Positions 38,335 through 51,401 of a stretch of 58,577 nucleotides of DNA are shown here, piece by piece. The notes under the pieces were generated by a model that saw only the letters and a program-made list of their open reading frames with translations, searched no databases and had not been told where the DNA came from. Position numbers and translations under genes: made by a program. Where the stretch lies: NCBI GenBank assembly GCA_029975765.1, contig JARKOK010000176.1, positions 1 to 58,577 of the forward strand. The letters are read 5' to 3'. The stretch is from Aggregatilineales bacterium (GTDB lineage: Bacteria > Chloroflexota > Anaerolineae > Aggregatilineales > Phototrophicaceae). Within the stretch, counting starts at the first letter, position 1, and each line of letters opens with the position of its first letter.

Positions 38335-39534
38335 ATGAACGGTAAACGGCCTGTTCTTGTAATGGCCATCCTGGCTGTGGCGCTGGCGGCGCTGACACCG
38401 GCGGCGGCACAGTCCGGCTGGTGGACGGCGGAATATTTCAATAACCCGAATCTGGCCGGCCCGCCAGTTATGGTGCTGTCGGAAGCCAGCCCCAGCCATA
38501 ACTGGGGTGAGGGGTCGCCGGGCGCGAACCTCCCGGTAGACTACTTCTCGGCGCGCTGGACGAGCGTGCAAAATCTGAGTCCGGGCAGCTATCAGATCAC
38601 GGTTCGCGCAGACGATGGCGTGCGCGTGTTTGTGAATGGTGTGGCCTATATTAACCAGTGGCAGCCGTCGCCGGGTAATACGTACACGGCGGTTTTGGCC
38701 GTCCCGGCCATGCCCGGCGTTCTGCAATATACCTTCGTGGTCGAATATTATGAAGCGACCGGCAGCGCCTATCTGGACTTCTCGCTGGCGCTGGCCGGTG
38801 GGGGACAGACCACCAGCGCGACGGCCACCGTCAATACCGGCGAACTCAACGTGCGGAATGCGCCCAATCCCTATACGGGAGCGGTCCTTACCCGTATCTA
38901 TCGCGGGCAGACCTATCCGGTCGTTGGTAAAAACGCCGACGCAAGCTGGCTGCAACTGAACGTTAACGGCGTGGTCGGCTGGGTGAACGCCAGCTATGTC
39001 ATCGCTGCCAACCTGCAAAGCGTCCCCGTGACCGACCCCGGCGGGCGGCCAACACCGCCGCCGTCCGTCAGCGCCACCGCAACGGTGACAGCCTGGGCGC
39101 TGAACGTGCGGAATGTGCCTAACCCCTACACCGGCGCGGTTGTAACGCGCATACGCCGGGGTGAGACCTATCCGGTCGTTGGCAAGAACGCTGATGCCAG
39201 CTGGCTGCAACTGAACGTTAACGGTGTGATCGGCTGGGTGAACGGTAGTTATGTCGCGGCGACCAACCTGCACACCGTACCGGTCACCGATACCAGCACG
39301 CGGCCTACTGGCGCGGTGGCAATCGTGACGACCGGGCAGTTGAACGTCCGGCAAACGCCCGACCCGTACTTTGGTGTGATTCTGACACGCATTCGCTGGG
39401 GCGAAACCTATCCGGTAGTTGGCAAAAACAGCGCGGCCACATGGCTGCAATTGAATGTCAACGGCATCATTGGCTGGGTGAACGCGCGTTACGTGGCCGC
39501 CAGCAACCTGCAAAACGTACCCGTAACGGGTTGA
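38335..39534 (+). CDS. secreted PA14-like + 3x SH3b protein (paralog of the upstream gene)
   Basis: SEASPSHNWGEGSP..FSARWTSVQ shared with the upstream gene; three LNVR..TYPVVGKN..WLQLNVNG..GWVN repeats. Confidence 0.85.
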   Translation: MNGKRPVLVMAILAVALAALTPAAAQSGWWTAEYFNNPNLAGPPVMVLSEASPSHNWGEGSPGANLPVDYFSARWTSVQNLSPGSYQITVRADDGVRVFVNGVAYINQWQPSPGNTYTAVLAVPAMPGVLQYTFVVEYYEATGSAYLDFSLALAGGGQTTSATATVNTGELNVRNAPNPYTGAVLTRIYRGQTYPVVGKNADASWLQLNVNGVVGWVNASYVIAANLQSVPVTDPGGRPTPPPSVSATATVTAWALNVRNVPNPYTGAVVTRIRRGETYPVVGKNADASWLQLNVNGVIGWVNGSYVAATNLHTVPVTDTSTRPTGAVAIVTTGQLNVRQTPDPYFGVILTRIRWGETYPVVGKNSAATWLQLNVNGIIGWVNARYVAASNLQNVPVTG

Positions 39535-39557
39535 TGCTGCGCTGTTCGGTCTGAAAT

Positions 39558-39584
39558 CAGGGGCGAACCGCCGGTTCGCCCCTG
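39558..39584. repeat. REP-like palindrome
   Basis: CAGGGGCGAACCGCCGGTTCGCCCCTG. Confidence 0.65.
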
Positions 39585-39758
39585 CCGTTTCCGCTTCAAA
39601 CAACTGCGCCCTACGCGCCCTCTGGCTGCCGCGTTATAATGCCCCGTCGGTTTAAACCGGACTCACCAAATGCTGATGAAATTCTTATCTAACGGCGTTA
39701 GTCTCTCGCCTTGGAGTCTTGGCCCTCAAGCATCAGACAAGGGCAAGGGGAAGCAACT

Positions 39759-40730
39759 ATGATTGAAGTCCAGAATTTAACCAAACGGTATGGTCCGGTG
39801 CTGGCTGTTGACAATATCTCATTTACAGCCAGTCCGGGGCAGGTGACGGGTTTCCTGGGGCCAAACGGCGCGGGGAAAACCACCACCATGCGAATGCTGA
39901 CCGGTTTCATGCCGCCCACTTCGGGTAAAGCGGTGGTCGCCGGTTATGACGTGTTCGACCAGAGTCTTGAAGTTCGCAAGCGTGTGGGCTATCTGCCAGA
40001 GAACGTGCCGCTGTACCGCGACATGACGGCGCTCGGTTATCTGATGTACATGGCCGAGATTCGCGGTGTGGCAAACCGCCGCCAGAAAGCCCGGGAAGTG
40101 CTGGAACGAGTGGCGCTGGTCGAACGCGCCAACAGCCGGATTCGCACCCTGTCCAAAGGGATGCGGCAGCGGGTTGGGCTGGCACAGGCCCTGCTGCATG
40201 ATCCCGATGTGCTGATTCTCGATGAACCGACCATCGGCCTCGACCCGCTGCAGGTGCTGGAACTGCGCGAACTGGTGCGCGAACTGGGCAAACGGCACAC
40301 CGTCCTGTTCAGCACGCATATTCTGTCAGAGGCCGAGCAGGTATGTGACAGCGTGGTGATTATCAACGGCGGGCAGATCGTCGCGCAGGGGTCACCGTCC
40401 GAACTGCGCGGCACGCTGGAGCGCGGCGGTCGCGTGTTCGTCCGGCTGAATGTCCCGGCGGAAACGGCGCTGCCCCGGCTGCAAAGCCTGCCCGCCATTG
40501 CCTACGCCGAAGCGACGATGGATGGCATTGTCGCCACGCCGTCCGATACCAACGCTGACCCCCGCCCGGCGATAGCCCGCGCCGTGATTGACAGCGGTTG
40601 GGATTTGATCGAACTGCGCCCGATGGCGGTCAATCTTGAAGAAATCTTCCTGGAACTGACCCGCAAGCCGGAAACCCCGACAGTTGAACCGGCGGCGGAA
40701 ACCACGCCCGAAAGTGAGGTCGCCCAATGA
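39759..40730 (+). CDS. ABC transporter ATP-binding protein (GldA-like)
   Basis: GPNGAGKTT, LSKGMRQRVGLAQAL, LDEPT. Confidence 0.92.
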   Translation: MIEVQNLTKRYGPVLAVDNISFTASPGQVTGFLGPNGAGKTTTMRMLTGFMPPTSGKAVVAGYDVFDQSLEVRKRVGYLPENVPLYRDMTALGYLMYMAEIRGVANRRQKAREVLERVALVERANSRIRTLSKGMRQRVGLAQALLHDPDVLILDEPTIGLDPLQVLELRELVRELGKRHTVLFSTHILSEAEQVCDSVVIINGGQIVAQGSPSELRGTLERGGRVFVRLNVPAETALPRLQSLPAIAYAEATMDGIVATPSDTNADPRPAIARAVIDSGWDLIELRPMAVNLEEIFLELTRKPETPTVEPAAETTPESEVAQ

Positions 40731-41506
40731 GACCGATTATCGCTGTATTTAAGCGCGAACTCGCGTTGTATTTCCGGTCGCCGATTGCTTACGCGGTCGC
40801 TTTTGCCATGCTGTTGTTTCTGGGCATCCTGTTTAACGGCAACCTGTCGTTTGCCGTGCAGCAGAATACCGGCGCCATGCAGCAGGGGGTAACCGGCGGT
40901 TATACCGCCAGCGATCTGAATCTCGCGCCACCGCTGATCACCTTCCTGATGTTTCTGATTGGCCCGCTGCTGACGATGCGCCTGCTGGCGGAAGAATCCC
41001 GCGAAGGCACGATTGAAGTGCTGATGACGCTGCCGATGAACGAAGCGCATTTCATCATCGGCAAATTTCTGGCCGTGTGGGCTTATTACACCGTGCTGCT
41101 GCTGCTGACGGTGATTTACCACGTCATTCTGATGACGGTAGGCGTGCCTGACGCCGGGCTGGCCTTTAGCGCGTATCTGGGCGCGTGGCTGTACGGCGGC
41201 GCGGTGCTGGCCGTTTGTATGATCTGGTCGGCAGTCACGGAAGATCAGATTGTGGCGGCCTTCCTCGGCGCGGCGACCGTGCTGCTGCTGTATCTGGCCG
41301 ACCAGTTCGCTATGGCACTGGCGAACAGTCCGAACCTGGCAAACGCGGCAGAGTTCGTGCGCGAACTGGGGTTGCAGGCGCATTTTGGCGCGACACTGGC
41401 GAACGGCATCATCCGCGCTGAAGACGTGCTTTATTTCCTGCTGCTCATCGTTGGCGCGTTGTTCATCACCACGCGCATCGTCGAAACCCGTCGTTGGAGG
41501 GCATAA
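40727..41506 (+). CDS. ABC-2 permease (GldF-like)
   Basis: RELALYFRSPIAY, TMRLLAEESREGTIEVLMT. Confidence 0.88.
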   Translation: MRPIIAVFKRELALYFRSPIAYAVAFAMLLFLGILFNGNLSFAVQQNTGAMQQGVTGGYTASDLNLAPPLITFLMFLIGPLLTMRLLAEESREGTIEVLMTLPMNEAHFIIGKFLAVWAYYTVLLLLTVIYHVILMTVGVPDAGLAFSAYLGAWLYGGAVLAVCMIWSAVTEDQIVAAFLGAATVLLLYLADQFAMALANSPNLANAAEFVRELGLQAHFGATLANGIIRAEDVLYFLLLIVGALFITTRIVETRRWRA

Positions 41507-41508
41507 AC

Positions 41509-43230
41509 ATGACCAACCCGACTCCCAAAACGAACGAGCAAGAGGCGTTCATCCCGCCTTATTACATGCTGCTGCTGGCGCTGGCCGGTTTTGTAGTCGC
41601 GCTGATTGTGCTGGTCACTCAGCCGACGTTTAACGTGGTTGGCTGGGGCGCGCTGGGTATCGCCGCGCTGTCACTGGTGGCCTGGGTGCTGATGGCCCCT
41701 GATCAGGCGCGCGCGGTCGTCACCGGGCGCACGGCGCGGTTTGGCGGAACGAGTTTGCTGGTCACGGCGCTGTTCATCGTCGCCTTGATCGCTGTGTATG
41801 TGGTGGTGCGCGGTCGAAGCTGGCGAGTTGATCTGACCGAGCGTGATACATTCTCGCTCACGGCAGAATCCCGGCAGGCGATCACCAGTCTCGGCGCTGA
41901 CCCGACCGTACCGAAAGTGCAAATTCTGGCATTTTACGGTACGGCGCAGGCGGGCGCGCGTGACCAGGATACGCTGCTGTTTGACGACTATGCCACCACC
42001 AGCGCGGGTAAGATCAGCTATCAGTTCATTGACCCGGAACGTAACCCGGCGCAGGCTCAGTTGTATAACGTCACGCGGGCGGGGCAGATCGCAGTGGTTG
42101 CCGATAAAGCTGACGGCACACCGGATACCGAGAACGCAGAAATCGTCAGCCTCCTGTCGCAGGATGATCTGACGAACGCGATTCTGCGGGTCGCGGCCCA
42201 GGGTGATTTCCGTGCCTATTTCCTGAATGTCTCTAACGGCTTGCAGTTGACCAGTACCTCCGGGCAGGGCATGTCCGCGCTGAACGATTCGCTGACCCAG
42301 CGGTATGACTGGACGACGCAGCAGGTATCCCTGTTTGAACTGACCGGGCAGGACAGCCGCATAAATCTGGATGATCCGGCTATCAACGGCAAGGTGCTGG
42401 TCATTCCCGGCGGCGACCAGCCTTTGAGCGATGACGAAATGCGGTTCATCGCGGATTATGTGAACAAGGGCGGCAGCCTCGTTATCTTTGCCGCGCCCAG
42501 CATTCGCGGTTCGGCGGGCAGCGATGGGCAGGCCAGCTTCTCCCGGAATGTGCCGCTGGCGCTGGCTGAGAATATGTCCACGTTTCTGTGGGATAACTTT
42601 GGCCTGCGCTTCACCGACCAGTTGATTGTTGACCCCACGCTGTCGGTACAGTCGCCGCTGATACCAGTCGCCACCGATTTCAGCACCACGAACTACATCA
42701 CGCGGAATTTCCGCACCGGGCAGAGCGGCATGGTGTTTGAGCTGCCGCACAGCATCGAAATCGCGCCGACCCTGCCGGCCAATGTGACGGTTGATGAACT
42801 GGCAAAAACCAGCGCCGACTCGTTTGCCAAGACCGACATCGAAGCGGTATTACAGAGCGATGGCGCAATTCAGGCCGAAGCCGGCGATCCGAAGGGGCCG
42901 TTTGTGCTGGCGGCGGCGGCAGAAAACAGCGTCACCGGCGCGCGTGTCATCCTGTTCGGCAGCGAGTCCATCCCATCCAATAACTTCGCGCTGGGCAGCG
43001 GCATCGTCAATCTGGACGCGGCCTTTAACAGTCTGGTATGGGCGACCCGTTTTAATGATTTCTTCAGCACGGTCAACGTGCAAAGCGCGGCGCGCGAGCA
43101 GGATGCGCCGGTGTTTGCGACCGATCAGGTGCTGCGGAATATCAGCCTGTTCACGCTGGTGCTGCTGCCGTTTGGTGTCCTGCTCATTGGTTTTGTCGTG
43201 TGGTGGAATAACCGCGAACGCGCGCGCTAA
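41509..43230 (+). CDS. GldG-like ABC auxiliary component
   Basis: RVDLT..FSLTAES, IDPERNP, YVNKGGSL; C-terminal TM. Confidence 0.85.
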   Translation: MTNPTPKTNEQEAFIPPYYMLLLALAGFVVALIVLVTQPTFNVVGWGALGIAALSLVAWVLMAPDQARAVVTGRTARFGGTSLLVTALFIVALIAVYVVVRGRSWRVDLTERDTFSLTAESRQAITSLGADPTVPKVQILAFYGTAQAGARDQDTLLFDDYATTSAGKISYQFIDPERNPAQAQLYNVTRAGQIAVVADKADGTPDTENAEIVSLLSQDDLTNAILRVAAQGDFRAYFLNVSNGLQLTSTSGQGMSALNDSLTQRYDWTTQQVSLFELTGQDSRINLDDPAINGKVLVIPGGDQPLSDDEMRFIADYVNKGGSLVIFAAPSIRGSAGSDGQASFSRNVPLALAENMSTFLWDNFGLRFTDQLIVDPTLSVQSPLIPVATDFSTTNYITRNFRTGQSGMVFELPHSIEIAPTLPANVTVDELAKTSADSFAKTDIEAVLQSDGAIQAEAGDPKGPFVLAAAAENSVTGARVILFGSESIPSNNFALGSGIVNLDAAFNSLVWATRFNDFFSTVNVQSAAREQDAPVFATDQVLRNISLFTLVLLPFGVLLIGFVVWWNNRERAR

Positions 43231-43242
43231 GGAGCGAAAGGT

Positions 43243-43983
43243 ATGCGTTTCAATCGTGGAACAATCGTATTGCTGGTCGCCAGTGTCGTCGTGATTCTGG
43301 CTGTGCTCCTGCTGAACAACCAGCCGGCCAGCGCGCCCGCGCCCACCCCGGAAGCGACGGCGGAAGGGGCGGGGCCGGTGTTTGCGGCCATCGCCGAAGC
43401 CCCGGATAATATCGTGCGGGTAGAAGTCGTCAATAACGACACCGCCGAAACCACCGTCCTGACGAAAGATGACGGCGGCGCCTGGACGGTGGCCGAAGCG
43501 ACCCACGCCAGCGAACTGGCGACCGACCAGACGAAAGTGGCGGAGGTGGTGAAGTCCCTGGCTTCGATGACGGCGACCGGCAGCTTCGCGCTGGGCGATC
43601 AGACGGCTGAAAGTTTTGGGCTGGATACGCCCGTTTATACCTTCACCCTGACGGATGCCGGCAGCGCGACATATGTCCTGAAGCTTGGCAATAAAAGCCT
43701 GAACTCACAGTACTACACCTTCATCAACGACGATGCTGCGACCGTGTATCTGCTGCCGGGCACAACGGTAGATACGCTGATTCAGCAGGTGATTACCGTG
43801 CCGCCGTATGTGGCATCGCCCACGCCCACACCGACGCCGAGCCGGACACCGAACCCGTACAGCGAGGTTGACCAGACAGCGACCGCCGCCGTCGAGATGA
43901 CGCAGTTTTACCAGGCGTTAACGGCGACCGCCGAAGCTTCGGCGGAAGCGACGGCTGAGGCCACCGCCGCGCCATCATCGTAG
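43243..43983 (+). CDS. DUF4340-like membrane-anchored protein
   Basis: N-terminal TM, FGLDTP..LKLG pattern, usual position after a GldG-like gene. Confidence 0.75.
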   Translation: MRFNRGTIVLLVASVVVILAVLLLNNQPASAPAPTPEATAEGAGPVFAAIAEAPDNIVRVEVVNNDTAETTVLTKDDGGAWTVAEATHASELATDQTKVAEVVKSLASMTATGSFALGDQTAESFGLDTPVYTFTLTDAGSATYVLKLGNKSLNSQYYTFINDDAATVYLLPGTTVDTLIQQVITVPPYVASPTPTPTPSRTPNPYSEVDQTATAAVEMTQFYQALTATAEASAEATAEATAAPSS

Positions 43984-43991
43984 AAATCTGC

Positions 43992-44020
43992 GCCGGGGCG
44001 AACCACGTGTTCGCCCCGGC
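43992..44020. repeat. REP-like palindrome
   Basis: GCCGGGGCGAACCACGTGTTCGCCCCGGC. Confidence 0.65.
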
Positions 44021-44126
44021 CTGCCACTTCAGCATATTTTATGAGGTGGGCGCTTTCGTTCTGCGATAGCTTCTGTTAAGATTTAGCCAGCACTGGCAAC
44101 CAACTCGCAGAACGGTTGAAGCAACT

Positions 44127-45326
44127 ATGGCGCGACTCATCATGCGGCGTGGCCCCCGCCCCGGTCAGGTCTTTGAACTGAACCGGGACATCATCACGAT
44201 TGGCAGCGGGACCAAAAACGACATCATCATTCTGGACAATGATGTGAGTCGTGAACACTGCCGCCTGGTGCGCGTGCTGGCCGATTACGAACTGGAAGAC
44301 CTCAGGTCGGGGCGCGGGACGTTTGTCAGCGGCCAGCGGGTGACGGCGGGCTGGGTGCTGAAACCCGGCAGTTTCATCGAACTGGGTGAGAATATCACCC
44401 TGGAATATGACCGGGGCGAATTCAAAAACGAACAACCGTCCGCGCCGCAGCCGGTATTTCAGTCCGAAGCGCCTGATCCCAGTGTCCATCCGTTTCTGGT
44501 GATGACCCTCGGTGTGATGGCGGGGCATATCTATCCCCTGAAAACCAAAATCGTGCGGATTGGCCGCGACATGACTAACGACATCGTGCTGCAAGACCCG
44601 GAAGTTAGCCGTTTTCATGTCACGCTCAAGTGGACGGACACCGGTTTCCAACTGGAAGACCTGAATTCGACCAACGGTACGCGCCTGAATGGTGCTCCCT
44701 TAACACCCAACGAGCCGCAGCTGCTCCGCGCGAATGATGTGATTCAACTGGCAACGATGGCGGAGTTCCGTTACACCTGGCAGCCCAATGACCTGCCCAT
44801 GAGCGCGCCGCCGAAGCCTGCTGCGCTGCGTGTTCCTGCCAAACTGGATACCAATGAGATCAACATTCTGGGGCCGAAGCGCAGCCCGCACCAGACCAAC
44901 CGGTTAGGTACGGGGTTGCAGCCGGGTGCGCTGGTAGATCATGTTTTTATCACCTATGCCCGTGAAGAATGGGAAGCCATTGTCGCGCCGCTGACAGCGA
45001 TATTGCAGGATGCCGGCCTGAAGGTCTGGGTTGACCAGTATCTTAATCAGGGCGGTGATGACTGGATGCTGGCGGTGGAGCAGGCGCTGTCCGAGTGCCG
45101 CCTGCTGGTGGTGGTAGTCTCGCCGGCGGCGCTGGAATCGCGTTACGTGCGGCTGGCCTACCGGTATTTCTTCAACCGCGAACGTGCGATCATCCCGCTG
45201 ATTTACACGCCGGTCGAGCATATGCCGCTGGAACTGGCGACCTCGAAGGCCATCCGTTACGAGCGCCAGAACCGTAAACGGAGCTTTAATGATCTGATTG
45301 AAGCGATCCGGCAGCACAGCCGGTGA
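44127..45326 (+). CDS. FHA-FHA-TIR domain protein
   Basis: VSREH and IGR..VSRFH..NSTNGT; C-terminal VFITY..VWVD..GDDW..VVSP TIR pattern. Confidence 0.85.
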   Translation: MARLIMRRGPRPGQVFELNRDIITIGSGTKNDIIILDNDVSREHCRLVRVLADYELEDLRSGRGTFVSGQRVTAGWVLKPGSFIELGENITLEYDRGEFKNEQPSAPQPVFQSEAPDPSVHPFLVMTLGVMAGHIYPLKTKIVRIGRDMTNDIVLQDPEVSRFHVTLKWTDTGFQLEDLNSTNGTRLNGAPLTPNEPQLLRANDVIQLATMAEFRYTWQPNDLPMSAPPKPAALRVPAKLDTNEINILGPKRSPHQTNRLGTGLQPGALVDHVFITYAREEWEAIVAPLTAILQDAGLKVWVDQYLNQGGDDWMLAVEQALSECRLLVVVVSPAALESRYVRLAYRYFFNRERAIIPLIYTPVEHMPLELATSKAIRYERQNRKRSFNDLIEAIRQHSR

Positions 45327-45373
45327 GCGGTGCGGCGGCTGGAGTTTGCGGTAGGTCGCGCACGACGGGACAT

Positions 45374-45405
45374 AAATAAAACGGGCGAGTGTTGACACCC
45401 GCCCG
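45374..45405 (-). terminator. intrinsic terminator after the MaoC gene
   Basis: CGGGCG..CGCCCG hairpin followed by a T-rich tract on the minus strand. Confidence 0.6.
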
Positions 45406-45434
45406 GCGCTGCTGAGCGACAGACTGCTGGCCGG

Positions 45435-45917
45435 TTATCCAGTCGGAGCATCGGTCGGTTTGGAAGCCATCAGCAGTTCCATCGTGCCGGACTGCACCGT
45501 TTTGCCTTCCTGATTCAGGATTTTTACCTCGGCGCTGACGATGCCGCCGCCCAGCCGTTTCATCTCTTTTTTCTCATTTACCGTCAGCCGGACGCGAATC
45601 GTATCACCGATAAAAACCGGCAGGCTGAATTTCATTTCCACGCCGCGAAACGTGAGCACGGTGCGCTCCATAAATCCCAGTTGGTACAGCAGACCGACGG
45701 CATAACTCAGCGTCAGCATTCCATGCGCGACACGCTGGCCGGCGGGGTGGGTCTTGGTATATTCGGCATCCGTGTGCATCGGGTTGAAATCACCCGTCAG
45801 CGCGGCGAACTGCACGACATCCGCTTCGGTCACAGTACGCCCGCGTGTTATCATTGTCTGGCCGACTTCGATTTCCTCAAAATAGTAACCAATCGGGCCG
45901 TCATCCTGGTATCTCAT
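45435..45917 (-). CDS. MaoC-family dehydratase
   Basis: FAALTGDFNPMHTD, RVAHG, PVFIGDT. Confidence 0.92.
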   Translation of the reverse strand: MRYQDDGPIGYYFEEIEVGQTMITRGRTVTEADVVQFAALTGDFNPMHTDAEYTKTHPAGQRVAHGMLTLSYAVGLLYQLGFMERTVLTFRGVEMKFSLPVFIGDTIRVRLTVNEKKEMKRLGGGIVSAEVKILNQEGKTVQSGTMELLMASKPTDAPTG

Positions 45918-46005
45918 GGTGATTGCTCCTGTCTATGCCGGGGCGCTGCCCCATCTGTTCCACACCACTAAACGAGTTTAGTGTAGCGTAATGGGGTGCG
46001 CTTGG

Positions 46006-49545
<3,540 letters not shown>

Positions 49546-49640
49546 GAGCAGTATGGATAATGTGAGACAATAAGTATTTGTATTATGGCACAGAAGGAGT
49601 GGTAACAGGACGACCGAATTGTGAAATTTTTGCAACCTGA

Positions 49641-49666
49641 CGCAACTTTTGGCAGGCTGCCGCGTA
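49641..49666 (+). promoter_or_regulatory. putative ECF-sigma promoter
   Basis: CGCAAC-N16-CGTA, resembling SigW-type AAC/CGT promoters. Confidence 0.4.
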
Positions 49667-49704
49667 TACGAGCATAGAATTGAGCAGTGAGGGAGATCAG
49701 CACA

Positions 49705-50106
49705 ATGGTATCGAAAGCGCGTGCCGACCAGATTGCGGGTGGCGTGTTCCTGGTAGGGCTGGGACTTTTGTTCACCAATGTGATAAGTTTCTGGCCGGGT
49801 ATTCTGTTTGTCATCGGCGCGTCGAACATCGCGCGGGGTATGGCGGAAGGCCGCGCCTGGTATAACGTTTCCGGTGGGTTATGGTTGATCGGGCTGGGAC
49901 TGGTGTTCCTGCTGAACTTTAGCTGGCCGGTTCTGCTCATCCTCATCGGCGCTTCGATGCTGTTTGGGTACAGTGTGAAGGATGGTCGTCGGGAAAAGCG
50001 TTTTGTGATGATGGATGACTTCGACAAAGCCAAGAACGACGACAAACGCAAACGTGAGGATATTATCATCTACGACGATGAACCCGCGCGCCACGACTCA
50101 ATCTGA
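49705..50106 (+). CDS. small 4-TM membrane protein (LiaF/LiaI-like TM region)
   Basis: Repeated G..L..LG..FL...WP.ILI.IG unit; acidic tail; GAGGGAG RBS. Confidence 0.7.
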   Translation: MVSKARADQIAGGVFLVGLGLLFTNVISFWPGILFVIGASNIARGMAEGRAWYNVSGGLWLIGLGLVFLLNFSWPVLLILIGASMLFGYSVKDGRREKRFVMMDDFDKAKNDDKRKREDIIIYDDEPARHDSI

Positions 50107-50122
50107 TATAACTGCGCCGAAG

Positions 50123-50151
50123 GCAGGGACACGGCAGCGCCATGTCCCTGC
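50123..50151. repeat. REP-like palindrome
   Basis: GCAGGGACACGG-CAGCG-CCATGTCCCTGC, close relative of the copy at 29647. Confidence 0.6.
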
Positions 50152-50183
50152 GGAAACATTCACCATCGCGTCTTTGGTTATAC

Positions 50184-51401
50184 TTAGGCGCGCCGCGCGG
50201 CCTCAATCGCCGCCTGCATCTGGCGGAAGTGTTCGCGGGTGTGGTCGGCCAACCCCAGCAATCCGGCGCCCAACCGCCGGTAACTCAACTTCCGGGCCAC
50301 AAAGGCCGGCGGCAGCGCCTCAATCATGGCCGCTGTGGCGAACTGGGCGCGCTTGAGTTCCGCCACCAGTTCCGGCGTCGAAGGATGCACCGCCAGCGCC
50401 ATCAGCAGGTGAGTCGGGTTGTTGTCCGCCCAGGGTACGCGGTCGTCGCCGCCGGCGAAGTTCCAGATCCACACATGCGAATGTCGTTCGGTTGCGATCA
50501 GATGCGCCAGATTCTCGTTGACATTCCACTCGCCAGGGGCGGGATGATAGGCGGCTTCCGTTTCCGTTACATCTTTTAACAGCGTGTCGAGTTCGGCGTT
50601 CAGCCGGTCGTGACTGTCGGTCAGGCGCGCGGCCAGATCACGCGGGTCAGCCGGCACTTCCGGCGTGGGGCGCTTCGAGAGCGTCATAACGGCGCTGCGT
50701 TTTTCCTGCCGGCGGTAGTATTCGACTGCGACCGTATCCCCCGCCTGATGTGACCCGACTGCCGCCGCCAGTGAGGCCATATCGCTTACCGGTTTGCCAT
50801 CGAGCGTTACCAGCACATCCCCACTTTGCAGCCCGGCGGCTTCCGCGCCCAGCCCCAGCACAATCCCATCCAGATATAACCCGTCGCTAACGGGTACACC
50901 GGCGCGCTGTGCCAGATCGGGACCCAGCGGAATGGGCATAATGCCCAGCATCGGGCGGTTGCTGATTCGCACGTCAAGGCCATCTTCCAGCACGGACTTC
51001 AGGTTGTTCAGGCTGCTCTGCCAGTTGTCCCGAAACTGCCGGGGAATATGCTCCCAGGCCGCACCGCTGCCGAGGCCGCCGTGTGCCAGTGTTAATTTTG
51101 TGCCGCTGTCTGCTGCTTCGAGCCGGATTTCCACCCAGGTTTCGCCGGGGTTGCCGCGCCCCTGCCAGGTAAAGCGGATTAACTCATTGGGGGTCAGCGT
51201 CTGGTAGACGCCGGCGGCGTAGAAACCGGCGTTCCAGGCCAGCAGCAAGGCTCCGTTTTTGCGGGCCTCCACGTATGCGCCGTCACACATCCATTCCCGC
51301 AGGGCAGTGGGGTTGGTAAAAGCATAATAGACCTGCGCCGGGGTGGCGCTGACCGAATATGTTAAGTCAACTGTCGGGGCTGTCGTGTCCGCAATCGCCA
51401 T
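50184..51401 (-). CDS. SRPBCC - PDZ - DinB fusion protein
   Basis: VYYAFT.P.ALREW..W...L.NLKS.LE; MLGI..AEAAGLQSGDVLVTLDG; EWNV.E.LAHL..H..EH. Confidence 0.75.
   Translation of the reverse strand: MAIADTTAPTVDLTYSVSATPAQVYYAFTNPTALREWMCDGAYVEARKNGALLLAWNAGFYAAGVYQTLTPNELIRFTWQGRGNPGETWVEIRLEAADSGTKLTLAHGGLGSGAAWEHIPRQFRDNWQSSLNNLKSVLEDGLDVRISNRPMLGIMPIPLGPDLAQRAGVPVSDGLYLDGIVLGLGAEAAGLQSGDVLVTLDGKPVSDMASLAAAVGSHQAGDTVAVEYYRRQEKRSAVMTLSKRPTPEVPADPRDLAARLTDSHDRLNAELDTLLKDVTETEAAYHPAPGEWNVNENLAHLIATERHSHVWIWNFAGGDDRVPWADNNPTHLLMALAVHPSTPELVAELKRAQFATAAMIEALPPAFVARKLSYRRLGAGLLGLADHTREHFRQMQAAIEAARRA

Noticed and set aside
38911-39483. DGR template/variable repeat among the SH3 repeats
   Set aside because: Differences are mostly synonymous and not adenine-specific; no reverse transcriptase in the window
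39640-39700. Fluoride riboswitch (AAACCG..GCTGATGA)
   Set aside because: Lacks the 5' GGNGATGG..CC element, and the downstream genes are unrelated
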